A DNA stretch of 64,000 nucleotides. Origin: Nageia nagi. Lineage: Eukaryota; Plantae; Pinophyta. Under the pieces are notes generated by a model. The model saw only the letters and a program-made list of their open reading frames with translations. It did not search any database and was not told the DNA's origin. The stretch covers positions 65,286,001-65,350,000 of the forward strand of contig JBITNC010000001.1 of the NCBI GenBank assembly GCA_050084985.1, in the 5' to 3' direction. How positions within the stretch are numbered: position 1 is the first letter of the stretch; each line of letters starts with the position of its first letter. This document shows, one piece after another, positions 35,041 to 50,336 of this stretch. The position numbers and the translations under genes are program-made.

Positions 35041-38000
35041 ATTGGACAAAACTGAAATAAATAATAATATTTTTTTTTCCATACTTTTCCCAACTCGAGT
35101 CTTCTCTTAATTGTCGTATAAACGGGGAAGACGTAGAAAGTATGAATAACAAACTCGCTTTCTTTTGCGGGAGAAAAACAATGCCAAAAAGAGGTTATTT
35201 TGTCCGTCGTCTGTACGCCATCACGCGATTTTGTGGATCCAACGACGGAATATCGAACTGTTGAACGTGTGAAGGGTTCGGAGAGGATGGATGAGCTGTC
35301 AATCGTCTCTCCGTTTGCCATTATTTCTTCACACTCAGAGCGAGATAAAACAATTCTAATTGGAGTAAAACTAGCAATTGCGATGGGTATATGGAAAATT
35401 AATTTGTAGAGGGTGAAGTGAGGTGGGCTGTTTTTCCTGGTTGTTGCGGTAATGGAGCATTTTGATAATTTGTATAATAAGTTAATGATCAAGGTCAAAA
35501 CATTTGATTTGTAAATTTGGTTAATTTAAATTGATAATATATTATTTAGTATTTTATATTTTGTAAGGTATATGAAGAATATAAAAATTATTTATGGTAT
35601 TTGATATTGGAAAAATTAAAAGTAAAAAGTATTTAAAAATAAATTAATAAAATGTAAATTTATATGAAAATTCTACAAAAATATAGACTTAAAAAAAAAA
35701 TGTTTTAAGATTATAAATGTAAGATTTGACATCGTTGAACATATTTTAAAGGCCTTGTGATTTGTGTATTGTTAAGGTCCATGCCATTTTGAGTGAGATT
35801 TGACATCGTTGAACATATTTTAAAGGGATTATAGGGATATATTTTGATCCCAAACTGACCCTATGTAATGTTTGAATTGAACAACAATAAATAAGGGAAG
35901 TTGAGGTAGCTTTTTTATAACCTTATAAATAATTGGTCTGACTTGTCCAAGTGAACCATTGATAAGCCCTATTTCTACCAATACATTTAAACATAACATA
36001 ACCTTGTGGTCAATACAAAAGAGTAACTATGATTGAACTTGTTCTTCGTTTAGATTTGAGAATGTTGAGCCTCATAGTTACTCTGTAATAGATATGGAAA
36101 TAGACCTTATTTCTAGTTCGATGCACAAGCCTCGACTTGTAAGTGAAAGATCAAGGGAGGTAAGTAGTATGGCATTACAAAGTAAACTCTTAAGGCCTTT
36201 GGCATACCCCTCAACCCAAAATCCTCTTCAATACTAAATGAGGAAATTTATTATGTAGTGAAACCATTTTATTTGTTGTAAAAACATGCATAGAAAAAAA
36301 GGTAAACCGTTTTATAAGGTTAAGCTTGAATCTTGTATGTAATATTAGAGCTTGCCAATATATAATTACAGGTTTTGCAGTTTGCAAATTTCATAAAAGT
36401 CCATAGAAAACAATTTTTGCAAGATCCTCACCACTTTAATAAAAAAAATTATTCAATATTATAAATGTTGTAAAGTTACACCATAGTGTCCCCCCATAGA
36501 AGATTGAAGCCTACATAGGGATTTCCATCACAAACATTAACTAGGTCAGGTCATCAAAAAATATCACTAATCAACCTCCAAATAGTATTTGGTTACGCAT
36601 GGGTAATACTTCATCTAATCTCATGTATAAGTATTTTTGTAATTTTGGACTGATAAAACTCATCTCATCAATAATAATGTATTGAATGAACTACATTTCT
36701 TCTTGTAAGGTTGTAAGTGTTTGTCCATGTAAGATGGTAATTTCTTTAATGCTTATTTGATGTAAAGAATAAAATGTTGAGATCCTATTTCGAATGTTGC
36801 AAAATCTATTGTTGCAAGAAGTAGAAATGAGGATTACAAGCATCTAAAATTAAAATATGCAATAAATACCTAATGCTTATTATTAGGTGTGACTTTCTAG
36901 TTCTTGCAATTCCTTGAATAATTATTTTGAAAGGTTCTTACGAATAATTAGCATATAAGTGTGATAAAACTATATCAAAGGATTTTGTATTCAATACACA
37001 ACCCATTAAATCTATTTAGAATAGGAATGGATGGCACTTGAAATGTATGGCAGTTGTAGTCTATGAACATAGAAACCATCATTTGTTGTTATAGAATAAA
37101 TTGAGGAGTTCCCCAATCATGGTTAATGTCCGTGTCATATTGAACAAGCATATCTAGTTTATATATTTGCAAAGGAAGGCCTGGCTGTATATATGATAAG
37201 ACTTTCCATTTTCTCTAGCTATTTTTTTACAAATCCATTCCCTCTATGAAGGGTGCGTTGGCTTTAGCTTATTCATATGATTTTATTGTTGCATAAAGTA
37301 CATACTATAGATGGTAATAATATTGAATCCTCTCCTATTGCACCATAATTTCATCTATTGATGTTCCAATTTTGTTTTGTAAACTACAAAATATCTATAT
37401 AAAAGTAGTTTAGTTTAAAAAAATCATTAAAATACCTATAATATTTTGTAGGGGTGCTCATGAATCTCAGGAACACTCGAATAACTATTCTTTGTAAAGC
37501 ATTCTTTCCATTGTATTAACTTTTTAGATACTTTGAATATCCATTTTTTATCCACTTTAATAAATGATATTACTTTCATATGTATGGTTTATGCCATGTA
37601 AGTATTAATGAAGCTTATGGATGCAGATGTGTACGGAGCTAAGATTGGAAGAAATTGAAAGATTTTTTTAGTTTACATTTAAATAAATAGATGTTTGACT
37701 ACATAGGGACAGTGGTAGTTTAAGTAAAAGGTGGAAAGTTTCTTGGGTAGAAGTATAATTGACAAGGCTATTAACAAGCATTTTCCTCATTTTTAACGGA
37801 GGCTATTTCTTCGAATCTCCCTTCACCAAAATTTTGTCGACTTCAATAAGGAAGGTGTAGGAATAGAATACCATACACTCCAATATTCTCGAATTAAAAT
37901 TTTAATTGTGATGCTTTCACACTTTTTCAAAGTCAAGTGTTTTCCAAATTGCCGTATTGATGGGGAAGGCGTAGAAAGATTGGTGGTGCTAAAATAACGC

Positions 38001-38149
38001 CACATAGTCAGCCACATACCACATGGAGCTAAATTTAGAAGTAGTGAGATCATAGTCTTAGATGTTGGGTGGTTTGGTAAGCAATTGATGTTTATCAAAG
38101 GAGATTTTTTTGGAGCCGTCAACGTCCGTAAGGTTCTATGGAGGGGGTT

Positions 38150-41100
38150 TCTTAAAAAATAGACGAGGGTGGTCTTAGAGATTTTTTAGGAATATTTTTA
38201 ACCTACCGGTCTGATGAATTAAAATTTAAGATTTTAAATTTAAGGAAGAGAAAAATTTCACGAAATTTAGTTTTGATTCATATATATATTACAATGCTTA
38301 GAAAATATTATAATTATAATTTTTAAATTTTTGGAAGACTAATTCACTAATAAAAAATAATTAAGAATTTGTTATTCCTTTTGTATAATTTTATCAATTA
38401 ATTAAAAATAATTGTTTATAATGTTGTTATCTTTATTTGTATAGTCAATTAAAATTGAAACGAAATTAATATAGTGATTTTCCAAAAGATCAAAATGTTT
38501 AAATCAGTATTAATAAATAATCACAAACGATAATATAATTTTATTAAAAAATGTCTATAAGAACATTGCACATTAAAAATTCTTGTTTTAAAAAATTTGC
38601 ATAAATAAACATTGAGATACAAAGGGTTAAGATTGAAACCATATTCTAATTTGGTGGCCTCAATAATGCTACCTAAATCAAAGCGATGCTACCTAAATCA
38701 AAGTAATCCCAAGTTAAACTAAGGAAAGCCATGTGTTTATGTGAGCTTCCTCACAAAAGACTTCCATGACTTTTCTCTAAACCAAACATGCAGCCTGGTG
38801 CTTTCTCATTTGACATCTCAACTTCTCTAACATCCAACAGTGCAGAGATATATACATAAATATGAATTTTGTAGAATTTGTGAAGATTTGAAGTCTAGAT
38901 TTTGTAAATTAAAAAGAAAATTATATTTTAAAATTCTATTTATGTAGAATTACCATTTTTATAGCTCAGATATTTCTTTTGTGACTCTGCAAAGCATTGT
39001 TGTTGCAAAGCATTGTTGTTGATCATCCTGATAAAGCAATCCATTGTTGATTCGTTTAAATATCTTCTATATTCTACCTCTTTTCTTTCATATTCTACAA
39101 TTCACCAATAAAGATGCAACTTTGCATTTAAACTTTAGCTAATTTTTTTTTGCATTCTTGTGTAATTATTTTCTGGCGTCTTGTGTGTGTAGTGGATGTA
39201 TTGAATCACCAAAGTTTTTAATGCATATTGCAATTTTTACATCAATTTCATTGTAATGCAGCAAAACGAGAGCTATGGATGTTATTTTGCTTACGTTTAA
39301 TGATTGAATCTAGTTGCAGGCTTGAATCTCTCATTGCTACCATTTTTGTTACCATGATCATAAGAAGAATCTTTGCCATGATTTTTTGGAATTCATCACC
39401 CCTTCACTACTTGCTATGTATACTTCAAGCCTAGTGCAACATTATGGTCCATGAAATTTGGCTATGGTTTGAATGACTCTTCCAATTTTTTTGGATGTTT
39501 ATTTAATTTGTTATGAATTCATGTTGAACCATAAAGTCATGTTTAGCTTTCAAGGTTTGATTCTGGTCAGCAATCTAAGTGCAAAATTTTCAAGCTTTAG
39601 AGAAAGAGGAATTTCAATTGATACTGATTAACATTATCACAATTTTATTAACTATATATTAATTTTCACTCCATGTTGTGATGGACAATAGAGACCAACT
39701 ATGTGATTATATTGTTCTTACAATAGATAATAAAGTGAGCTTTCCAGCAAAGGTTAAAATTAAATGTTAAAAATTATTCCATCATATCAGTCAGTCACAA
39801 GAAGGATGGATTGTTTCATTTCGAATTCTTGGGTATGACACCCAATAACTTAAGTCCTTTTATGAATAGTCTTGAATGGTTTTTTAGCTTCACAAAATCT
39901 AGTTGAACTTGATGAAAGGAATTTTTTCTTTGAGTAAAATTATGTAATAAATATATAATTTATAAGCGATGAATATACTAAAAACAACTCTTCAAGTCTT
40001 GAGTAATTCCTTTCTTGAAGCTCACTAGAGCCTCCCAAGATATCCCAACTTGTAGGTTTTAACCATGAATACAGTAAAAGAAGCACAATGTATAAAATGG
40101 GTGCACCAACTAAAACAAAAGAAGATTGTTGAGAAGAAGGTGACACTATCTGAAATATTTTTTCAAGTTGCTCTTTGCTTGTCAGATTCAATAGCTATCA
40201 AGGTCAAAGGGAATATGTATCTTATAATCTCTTACCATTTTATATTTAGAAAAAACATGTTTTCATGGATCTCGACATTGATTTGTTGTTTGTATGAAAT
40301 CATGATGAGAATAATAGTCTTCACAATTTTCCACTTTCTCATAGATGTAGTAATCTTTTTCATTACTCCAACATTTGATAGTGTGTTTTTCTCAATACAT
40401 TTTGCCTGAATAAGGATCTCTATTTCTAAAATGCTCCAGCTTATCCTTCTTTTTATGTTTTGAAACCAAAGGTGATTGATTTTAGCATTTTAATTATTTG
40501 GATTATGATTGATATTCAGTTGCAAAAAACCAAGAGATGATGTTTTCATCGATTGTTTATGTACTTGCATAAAATCAAGGAGGTAATCATCTATGTCCAT
40601 AAATATCTTTATCTTATATGTCATTTTGTGAAAGCAATCTAGTAAACCTCCTAAAAATTGGCTCTGTACGAGTCAAGCAATGTAAATTCCTATCCATGAT
40701 AATACCTCAAAAAAACATGATGATTCATACTGTAGTAAACAAAGCAATAAATTAGACTTATAAACAAAGAAGCTCAACCTCTAACAAAATGAACAAGAAT
40801 TGTAAACAATGAACGTAATGATTTGTTACAAACAATAAGATGAAAATTAATTCTTCAACTATTTACTCAAGAAGATATACCATCACAAATAAATGTATTT
40901 GAATATGCATGCTTGATGCTAATCATAAATTTATTTCCATGTAGTAAATTTAAGCATTCTTGTAAATGCACCCATTTCAAAATATCTTAAGTAATCAAAA
41001 GTGATAGTAAGAAGAAAATATGAATACATGATAGGTCATCAATATTTACCTCATGTAAACATGTGATTGTTGATAGTTTAGTTATACTACTATAATTTTA

Positions 41101-41955
41101 TATTATTAATAAAGAAAATAATTTCAAAGTGACTAATATTTGAGATTGTTATCATGCTTTTTGCCATGCCCATTTTATGTACCATGATGTTTAGAACAAA
41201 CATGAATTATTTGGATGATAAAAGAGTTGAAAGATTCTAATTATAAAGGTCTCAAACATGCTTTGTAAAGGATCAAATCCCCCTTATTATGATACAAGGT
41301 AGCTAGTTGAGGAAAAGGTCAAACGAGAAAAACATTTGAGTCTAATACAAAGTATTCAATTTGTTATTTACTTGTTTGCATACAAAAATCCAAAACAAAG
41401 GAAGAAAATTAGGTAATATCACCGTAGTCTTGATTCAAGCACAAGCAATCTATGGACTGCTGTTAGTTTCTACAACAGCCACATATAGAAGCTGTGGGTA
41501 GATTATAAAGAATAATATCCAAGATTACTAGTGATGTCAAATTAAATATTAGAAAGAGAAGCAAAGCAAATAATAGAGACAACTAAAGCTATATCAAATG
41601 AAGTCAAGGATCTAAATAAACTTTCAACAAGCCACATCATTTACAAAATAAAGTAAAATACTTTAATTCCAATCCTCATTGCATGCATCTACATGAATAA
41701 AACAAAATGAAATTAATAAATACCAGTTACTCATTTTTCAAACCCTAAAATGCATCATTTTAATTACCTAACAAATTTCTCTAACTATAAATTATGAATG
41801 CTATAACATGTATTCCAAATCGATAACTATTGAACCCTATATTCAAACTTCTTTACATTTATACAAAGTTAAAAAAAATAAATTTAGAAAAGTAGGCATA
41901 AACTAGAATGACTTCCTAATGAATAAAACTATACTGTAAAATTCTAAAATTCTAC
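38150..41955. repeat. 3.8-kb duplication copy 2 (contains hAT relic); tandem with copy 3
   Basis: Colinear with 24720-28475 and 41995-45810; junction AAATTCTACC|AATGGTGGCC at ~41956. Confidence 0.95.
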
Positions 41956-42128
41956 CAATGGTGGCCACATACCACATGAAGACTTCCATGACTTTTCTTA
42001 AAAAATAGACAAGGGTGGTCTTCGAGATTTTTTCGGAATATTTTTAACCTACTGGTCTGATGAATTAAAATTTAAGATTTTAAATTTAAGGAAGAGAAAA
42101 ATCTCACGAAATTTAGTTTTGATTCATG

Positions 42129-42154
42129 TATATATATATATATATATATATATA
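42129..42154. repeat. (TA)13 microsatellite
   Basis: Only ~(TA)5 at the homologous sites 24850 and 38280. Confidence 0.95.
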
Positions 42155-45100
42155 TTACAATGCTTAGAAAATATTATAATTATAATTTTTAAATTTTTGG
42201 AAGACTAATTCACTAATAAAAAATAATTAAGAATTTGTTATTTCTTTTGTATAATTTTATTAATTAATTAAAAATAATTATTTACAATGTTGTTATCTTT
42301 ATTTGTACAGTCAATTAAAATTGAAACGAAATTAATATAGTGATTTTGCAAAAGATCAAAATGTTTAAATCAGTATTAATAAATAATCACAAATGATAAT
42401 ATAATTTTATTAAAAAATGTCTATAAGAACATTGCACATTAAAAATTCTTGTTTTAAAAAATTTGCATAAATAAACATTGAGATACAAAGGGTTAAGATT
42501 GAAACCATATTCTAGTTTGGTGGCCTCAATAATGCTACCTAAATCAAAGTGATGCTACCTAAATCAAAGTAATCCCAAGTTAAACTAAGGAAAGCTATGT
42601 GTTTATGTGAGCCTCCTCACAAAAGACTTCCATGACTTTTCTCTAAACCAAACATGCAGCCTGGTGCTTTCTCATTTGACATCTCAACTTCTCTAACATC
42701 CAACAGTGCAGAGATATATACATAAATATGAATTTTGTAGAATTTGTGAAGATTTGAAGTCCAGATTTTGTAAATTAAAAAGAAAATTATATTTTAAAAT
42801 TCTATTTATGTAGAATTACCATTTTTATAGCTCAGATATTTCTTTTGTGACTCTGCAAAGCATTGTTGTTGCAAAGCATTATTGTTGATCATTCTGATAA
42901 AGCAATCCATTGTTGATTCGTTTAAATAACTTCTATATTCTACCTCTTTTCTTTCATATTCTACAATTCACCAATAAAGATGCAACTTTGCATTTAAACT
43001 TTAACTAATTTTTTTTTGCATTCTTGTGTAATTGTTTTCTGGCATCTTGTGTGTGTAGTGGATGTATTGAATCACCAAGTTTTTAATGCATATTGCAATT
43101 TTACATCAATTTCATTGTAATGCAGCAAAAAAAGAGCTATCGATGTTATTTTGCTTACGTTTAATGATTGAATCTGGTTGCAGGCTTGAATCTCTCATTG
43201 CTACCATTTTTGTTACCATGATCATAAGAAGAATCTTTGCCACGATTTTTTGGAATTCATCACCCCTTCACTACTTGCTATGTATACTTCAAGCCTAGTG
43301 CAACATTATGGTCCATGAAATTTGGCTATGGTTTGAATGGCTCTTCCAATTTTTTTTGGATGTTTATTTAATTTGTTACGAATTCATGTTGAATCATAAA
43401 GTCATGTTTAGCTTTCAAGGTTTGATTCTGGTCAGCAATCTAAGTGCAAAATTTTCAAGGTTTAAAGAAAGAGGAATTTCAATTGATACTGATTAACATT
43501 ATCACAATTTTATTAACTGTATATTAATTTTCACTCCATGTTGTGATGTACAATAGAGACCAACTATGTGATTATATTGTTCTTACAATAGATAATAAAG
43601 TGAGCTTTCCAGCAAAGGTTAAAATTAAATGTTAAAAATTATTCCATCATATCAGTCATAAGAAGGATGGATTGTTTCATTTCGAATTCTTGGGTATGAC
43701 ACCCAATAACTTAAGTCTTTTTATGAATAGTCTTGAATGGTTTTTAGCTTCACAAAATCTAGTTGAACTTGATGAAAGGGATTTTTTCTTTGAGTAAAAT
43801 TATGTAATAAATATATAATTTATAAGCAATGAATATACTAAAAATAACTCTTCAAGTCTTGAGTAATTCCTTTCTTGAAGCCCACTAGAGCCTCCCAAGA
43901 TATCCCGACTTGTAGGTTTTAAACCATGAATACAGTAAAAGAAGCACAATGTATAAAATGGGTGCACCAACTAAAACAAAAGAAGATTGTTGAGAAGAAG
44001 GTGACACTATATGAAATATTTTTTCAAGTTGCTCTTTGTTTGTCAGATTCAATAGCTATCATGGCCAAAGGGAATATGTATCTCATAATCTCTTACCATT
44101 TTATATTTAGAAAAAACATGTTTCCATGGATCTCGACATTGATTTGTTGTTTGTATGAAATCATGATGAGAATAATAGTCTTCACAATTTTCCACTTTCT
44201 CATACATGTAGCAATCTTTTTCATTACTCCAACATTTGATAGTGTGTTTTTCTCAATACATTTTGCCTGAATAAGGATCTCTATTTCTAAAATGCTCCAA
44301 CTTATCCTTATTTTTATGTTTTGAAACCAAAGGTGATTGATTTTAGCATTTTAATTATTTGGATTATGATTGATATTCAGTTGTAAAAAACCAAGAGATG
44401 ATGTTTTCATCGATTGTTTGCGTACTTGCATAAAATCAAGGAGGTAATCATCTATGTCCATAAATATCTTTATCTTATATGTCATTTTGTGAAAGCAATC
44501 TAGTAAACCTCCTAAAAATTGGCTCTGTACGAATCAAGCAATGTAAATTCCTATCCATGATAATACCTCAAAAAAATATGATGATTCATACTGCAGTAAA
44601 CAAAGCAATAAATTAGACTTATAAACAAAGAAGCTCAACCTCTAACAAAATTAACAAGAATTGTAAACAATGAAAGTAACGATTTGTTACAAATAATAAG
44701 ATGAAAATTAATTCTTCAACTATTTACTCAAGAAGATATACCATCACAAATAAATGTATTTGAATATGCATGCTTGATGCTAATCATAAATTTATTTCCA
44801 TGTAGTAAATTTAAGCATTCTTGTAAATGCACCCATTTCAAAATATCTTAAGTAATCAAAAGTGATAGTAAGAAGAAAATATGAATAAATGATAGGTCAT
44901 CAATATTTACCTCATGTAAACATGTGATTGCTGATAGCTTAGTTATACTACTATAATTTTATATTATTAATAAAGAAAATAATTTCAAAGTGACTAATAT
45001 TTGAGATTGTTATCATGCTTTTTGCCATGCCCATTTTATGTACCATGATGTTTAGAACAAACATGAATTATTTGGATGATAAAAGAGTTGAAAGATTCTA

Positions 45101-46214
45101 ATTATAAAGGTATCAAACATGCTTTGTAAAGGATCAAATCCCCCTTATTATGATACGAGGTAGCTAGTTGAGGAAAAGGTCAAACGAGAAAAACATTTGA
45201 GTCTAATACAAAGTATTCAATTTGTTATTTACTCGTTTGCATACAAAAATCCAAAACAAAGGAAGAAAATTAGGTAATATCACCATAGTCTTTATTCAAG
45301 CATAAGCATTACCTATGGACTACTGTTAGGTTCTAAAACAGCCACATATAGAAGCTTGTGGTAGATTATAAAGAAGAATATCCAAGATTACTAGTGATGT
45401 CAAATTAAATATTAGAAACAGAAGCAAAGGAAATAATAGAGACAACTAAAGCTATATCAAATGAAGTCAAGGATCTAAATAAACTCTCAACAAGCCACAT
45501 CATTTACAAAATAAAGTAAAATACTTTAATTTCAATCCTCATTGCATGCATCTACATGAATAAAACAAAATGAAATTAATAAATACTAGTTACTCATTTT
45601 TCAAACCCTAAAATGAATCATTTTAATTACCTAACAAATTTCTCTAACTATAAATTATGAATGCTATAACATGTATTCCAAATCGACAACTATTGAACCC
45701 TAGATTCAAACTTCTTTACATTTATACAAAGTTAAAAAAATAAATTTAGAAAAACATGCATAAACTAGAATGACTTCCTAATAAATAAAACTATACTCTA
45801 AAATTCTACCATAGAAGAAAAAGATTTAAGAACTAAGCTTTTACTTTATACAAAAATCAATAACCAAAAACCACTTATGGATTAAAATAAATAAATACAA
45901 GAACTAGTGATTGTATTACAAGTTTACAACCCCAATAAAGAAAAAAGAGAATTACCGAAATAGAGTATTGTATTAAATTGAAGGAAATACAGTAATCGAA
46001 AGCGCATAGAAATTAATCTATTGAGGCTCAAATATTATATTTAATTATTCGTATATTCAGATCTAGAAAAAACTTACAAAACCATTTAAAATGTAAAGAG
46101 TTTAAAAGCTAAAAATTGTTATATGAGAATTAGCATAAAAACTAACCGAACCACTATAGAAGAAAAACCACAAAATTGACTAAAATACTACAAAATCTAT
46201 TACATCAAATGGTA

Positions 46215-49200
46215 TGTTAACATATAGAAAAATCAAATTTTATTCTAATTTTAATATCCTCCCTAAATAATCTGATTTGGAAGAAAATTCTCAATCCTCC
46301 TTCAAATATAATTTTGGAGAAAATGTTTCATTCTCAAAAGGGCAAATTCTTCCTCCTTCAATGGTCTTGTCAAGATGTATACCACTTAATCTTTAGACTT
46401 TCAATAAGAAAGTTTTATCTTTTATCTAGGACCAATTCTTTGATGAAATGAAATCTAATATCGATGTGCTTGCTTGGCCCTTGAAGAACATGATTTTTGA
46501 AAAGTATAATGGCTAATTGGTTATCAAAGAAAATAGTGATTGTGTCCCTTTAAGGTTGAATCATTTCTCCATGCATCTTTCATAGCCAAATAACTTAGCA
46601 ATCAGTTGAAGTCGTTGCTACATATTCAGCTTTTGTAGTAGATAATCCAATAATACTTTATTTTTTTATGATCACAGCACCTGAACTAAGATTAAATACA
46701 TATCCTAAAGTACTTTTCCTATCATATATATCTCATGCCCAATCACTATCTATATAATCACTTAACTACAAAGCATTCTTCTTAGCATTAAAAATTCCAT
46801 GATTATCCCTTGCATATATCTAAGCATTCTTTTACCTTCCTAAAAATGTATATCAATAGGATTCTCCATGAACCTACTTATCAAGCTTACTGCATAAGTG
46901 ATATATGGCCTTGTTGAAGTTAAAATTGCTAATTTGCAATTTTTCATCTTGAACCTTTTTAAGATATCATTTGCGTACTTCTCTTGAGAAATAAAAATAC
47001 CGTCACTATTTTGAGTTACTTCAATACCAAGATAATAACACATCAAACCAAGATCAGTCATTTCAAATTCAATTTTCATTTCCCTAGAAAATTATATAAG
47101 CATTAGTTCATTGTTCCCAATGTAAATCAAATCATAAAAATAATTGCAAACTATCATAACATCTCCTTTTTTATTTTGTTTTATGAATAAAGTATGCTCA
47201 TATGGATATTTTTCAAAACCATTGTGTAAAAAATATGATTCAATCCTACCATACCAAACTCTAGGTGCCTCCTTTAAACCATACAAAGTTTCTTTAGTTT
47301 GACCACTTTACCTTTATCATCTTCTTTCTCAAAATTGGGTGGTTGCTCTATGTAGATGTCTTCCTCCAGTACACCATTCAAAAAAGTTGATTTGACATCC
47401 ATCTCAAAGAGTTTCTAACCCTTTTATGTTGCAAGGGCTAAAACCATGTGAATAGTATCCATTTTAACAATAAGTACAAAAACTTCATTATAATCTATAC
47501 TTGATTTTTTGCTTCTAGCCTTTTACTACCAACTCAGCCTTGTATTTATTTACTTCACTTTACTCATTGTACTTTGTTTTATAGATCCACTTCACTCCAA
47601 TTAGTTTTTTGTGCTATGGAAGATCTATCAACTTCCAAGTTTAATTTCTATTCTATAGCTATAATTTGTTCATGCATAGCTTTAATCTATTTATCATCAT
47701 TTATTACATCTTCAAATATAACAAGATCACATTCACCAAAAAATGCAAAGTGAAAATCTTCACTTTACCACTATTATTTCTTGATATATGTCATACAAGC
47801 TCCTTGTCTATTACCTTCTTGGTGGAGATGTTATGGAAGAAAGGTTTCTTCCTGATGAAGAAGGGCTTGTTGTTAGTGTTGATGGTCGAATGCTTCTATT
47901 GTTAGCTCCATAATTACCAACCAAATTTTATTGTTGGCTAACTATTTCATCTTCAATGTTGACTTCTTGATAGTTTCCCTTCAAATTCCAACACCACTCT
48001 TGGTATTTAGGAAACTTAACATCTCTACTTATCATCAACTTTTGTATTTCTAGATGGTATAATCTGTATGCCTTTGATTCTTCATTGTTGCCAATAAAAA
48101 TAGACCTCTTTTGCTAATCATCTAATTTTTTCTAAGTGTATCTAGAATATGAGAATAAGCAATGTTGCCAAAAATTTGAAAATATCCTCCATGTTGTTTG
48201 TATCATCCCCATGCTTCTTATGGTTTCATTCCCCAAACTATCATTGTAGGAGACCTATTAAAAATATAACCTGCACAACAAACTACCCCTTCCCAAAAAT
48301 ATTTAGGTAAATTATTAGGTTTAAGCATAAGTTTCTTACCATATCTAAAATATTTATGTTCTTCCTCTCAATTATGCCATTTTGTTGAGGAGTGTACCTA
48401 GTTATTAACTATCTTTTTATGCCAGTCTTGATATAAACTTTTTGAAATTCATGTGAGATGTACTCTCCACCTCTATCATTCCTTAAGATTTTAATGAAAT
48501 AACCACTTTTCTTTTCAACTAACTCTTTAAATTCTCTAAATTTTTAGAAAGTACCATATTTTGCTTTCAATGGATAAACCCAAAGTTTTCTACTATAATC
48601 ATCAATAAATGTCAAGAAATATTTCATACCAGATAACGAAGTGACTTTAAATGGTCCACATAAATATAAATGCATTAACTCCAATGGCATTGAAGCTCTC
48701 AAGACTTACCTTCTACAAAAGGTTCTTTATGGTATTTTCCAATAATGCATCCCTCACATTCTACATCTAGCCTTTAAATGAGAGATAAATTTATTACTAT
48801 GTTCTTTTTATGCAAAAAGATTCAGTCTTCCAAAATTCAAATGATCAAATCTAAGATGCCACAACCACTTTGTATCTTTTACTATAGTATTGAAACTTAA
48901 ATGCAAACTCTTTTCAATGCTAAGAGGAAACATCTTATTAGCAGTTATGGGATTTTTTGCTATCAACTTGTTCTTCCTATCTGTAATAAAGCATGTAAAA
49001 TTATCAAATAATATAGTATGGCCATTTTGTAGAAGTTGAGCTACACTTATCAAGTTATGCTTTAAACTAGGTACATGAAACACATCGCCTTGGTTTGATT
49101 TGAGTAATATCCTCCCTTTCCCCATGATCGATGCACTTGCATTATTACCCATCTTCATCTTCAATGTTATAGACTTATCTAAATACTAAAACACCATTTA

Positions 49201-49766
49201 TCTTTATTTATTTCTTTGTGTACTACATGTAAACACATAATCCTCCACCTCTTCACCTTCCTTTGTATATTGAGTTGTCTACTTTCACCTGGTATCATTT
49301 TTCTACATTCAAATGCAAGATTTCCATATTTCTAATAATAATAGCGTTGAACAAATAATCTATCATACCTTTGAAAGCCTCTACCTTTTTGTTGAGAGTT
49401 TCTTGTGTGGATTTATTTAATCGATGCTCATGACTGTACAAAGAACCTATTAGTTCATCTATAGATAAAGTTGTTAAATCTTTTGCTTCTTCAATGGCTA
49501 TAACTGCAATATCATATTTTTGGAGGAAACATCTTAAAATCTTTTCTAAAATTTTTTGATTGCTTATAACTTCACCATTTGCTTTCATCTGATTAATTAA
49601 ACTCATTCTACGAGTAAAAAATCCCCTAAATTTTATGAATCTAACATTTGTAATATCTCAAAATCTGTTCTAAATTGTAGACAAAATGTCCTTACTCTAT
49701 CTCTACCTTGAATTTACTGTGAAAGGAGATCCAAAGCTTCTTTTGCCTTTGAAGTGGTTGTAACTC
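46215..49766 (-). mobile_element. Decayed Copia family B, copy 2
   Basis: ORF fragments 46840-49606 ([38 protein letters not shown]); duplicate of 28850-32399. Confidence 0.92.
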
Positions 49767-50336
49767 TTAAAAGGAGTTTCTCATTCTACCCCATCCAAAA
49801 ATGAGAGAGATTGTTCCACCAAATCCAATCCCAAATCCAAATCCAAGCCCAAACACGGAGATCTTTTCTTCCACTCTCCTCCACAGTGACCACCTTGACG
49901 ACTTCACAGCATCGGGCGTTGCTGATTTAGGGTTGTTCTGCTTGCATTTGGGTAAAGGGAATCCGCATATACCCTGGTTGTCCTCGTATGCACTCTCATT
50001 GGACGTGCCAAATTGAGTTACACTCGGAATGGGTCCTGAAAGTCTGTTTGACGAAACATCCAGCTACGCTAACTTGGACAAGCTAGAAAGCTCCTGGGGA
50101 ATGTGCTCTGTCAGCTTATTGTGAGACAAGTCCAGCTGCTCCAGAGTTGATATCCCTCCAATGGATGGCGGTATCTTCCCTTCCAGCCGGTTTCTAGACA
50201 GGTTTAGTAACAGCAGGCTACTAAGGCTCCCTATGCTTGCCGGTATTTCACCTGTGAGACTATTGTTTGACAAGTCAAGGATGGTGTTTGCTGCCAGTAC
50301 ATAGTCGATGCTGTATTCCTAACCTTTGATTACAAC

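Larger units (their letters stand above)
41958..49818. repeat. Segmental duplication copy 3 (hAT relic ~43050-46210 + Copia B + RLP tail)
   Basis: Colinear with 24680-32450. Confidence 0.95.

Noticed and set aside
34914-35498. 194-aa minus-strand ORF
   Set aside because: No recognisable domain; it runs through the RLP-3 promoter and TATA box, so likely a chance ORF.
35700-37780. Possible decayed DNA-transposon coding sequence
   Set aside because: Only vague motifs; family cannot be supported.
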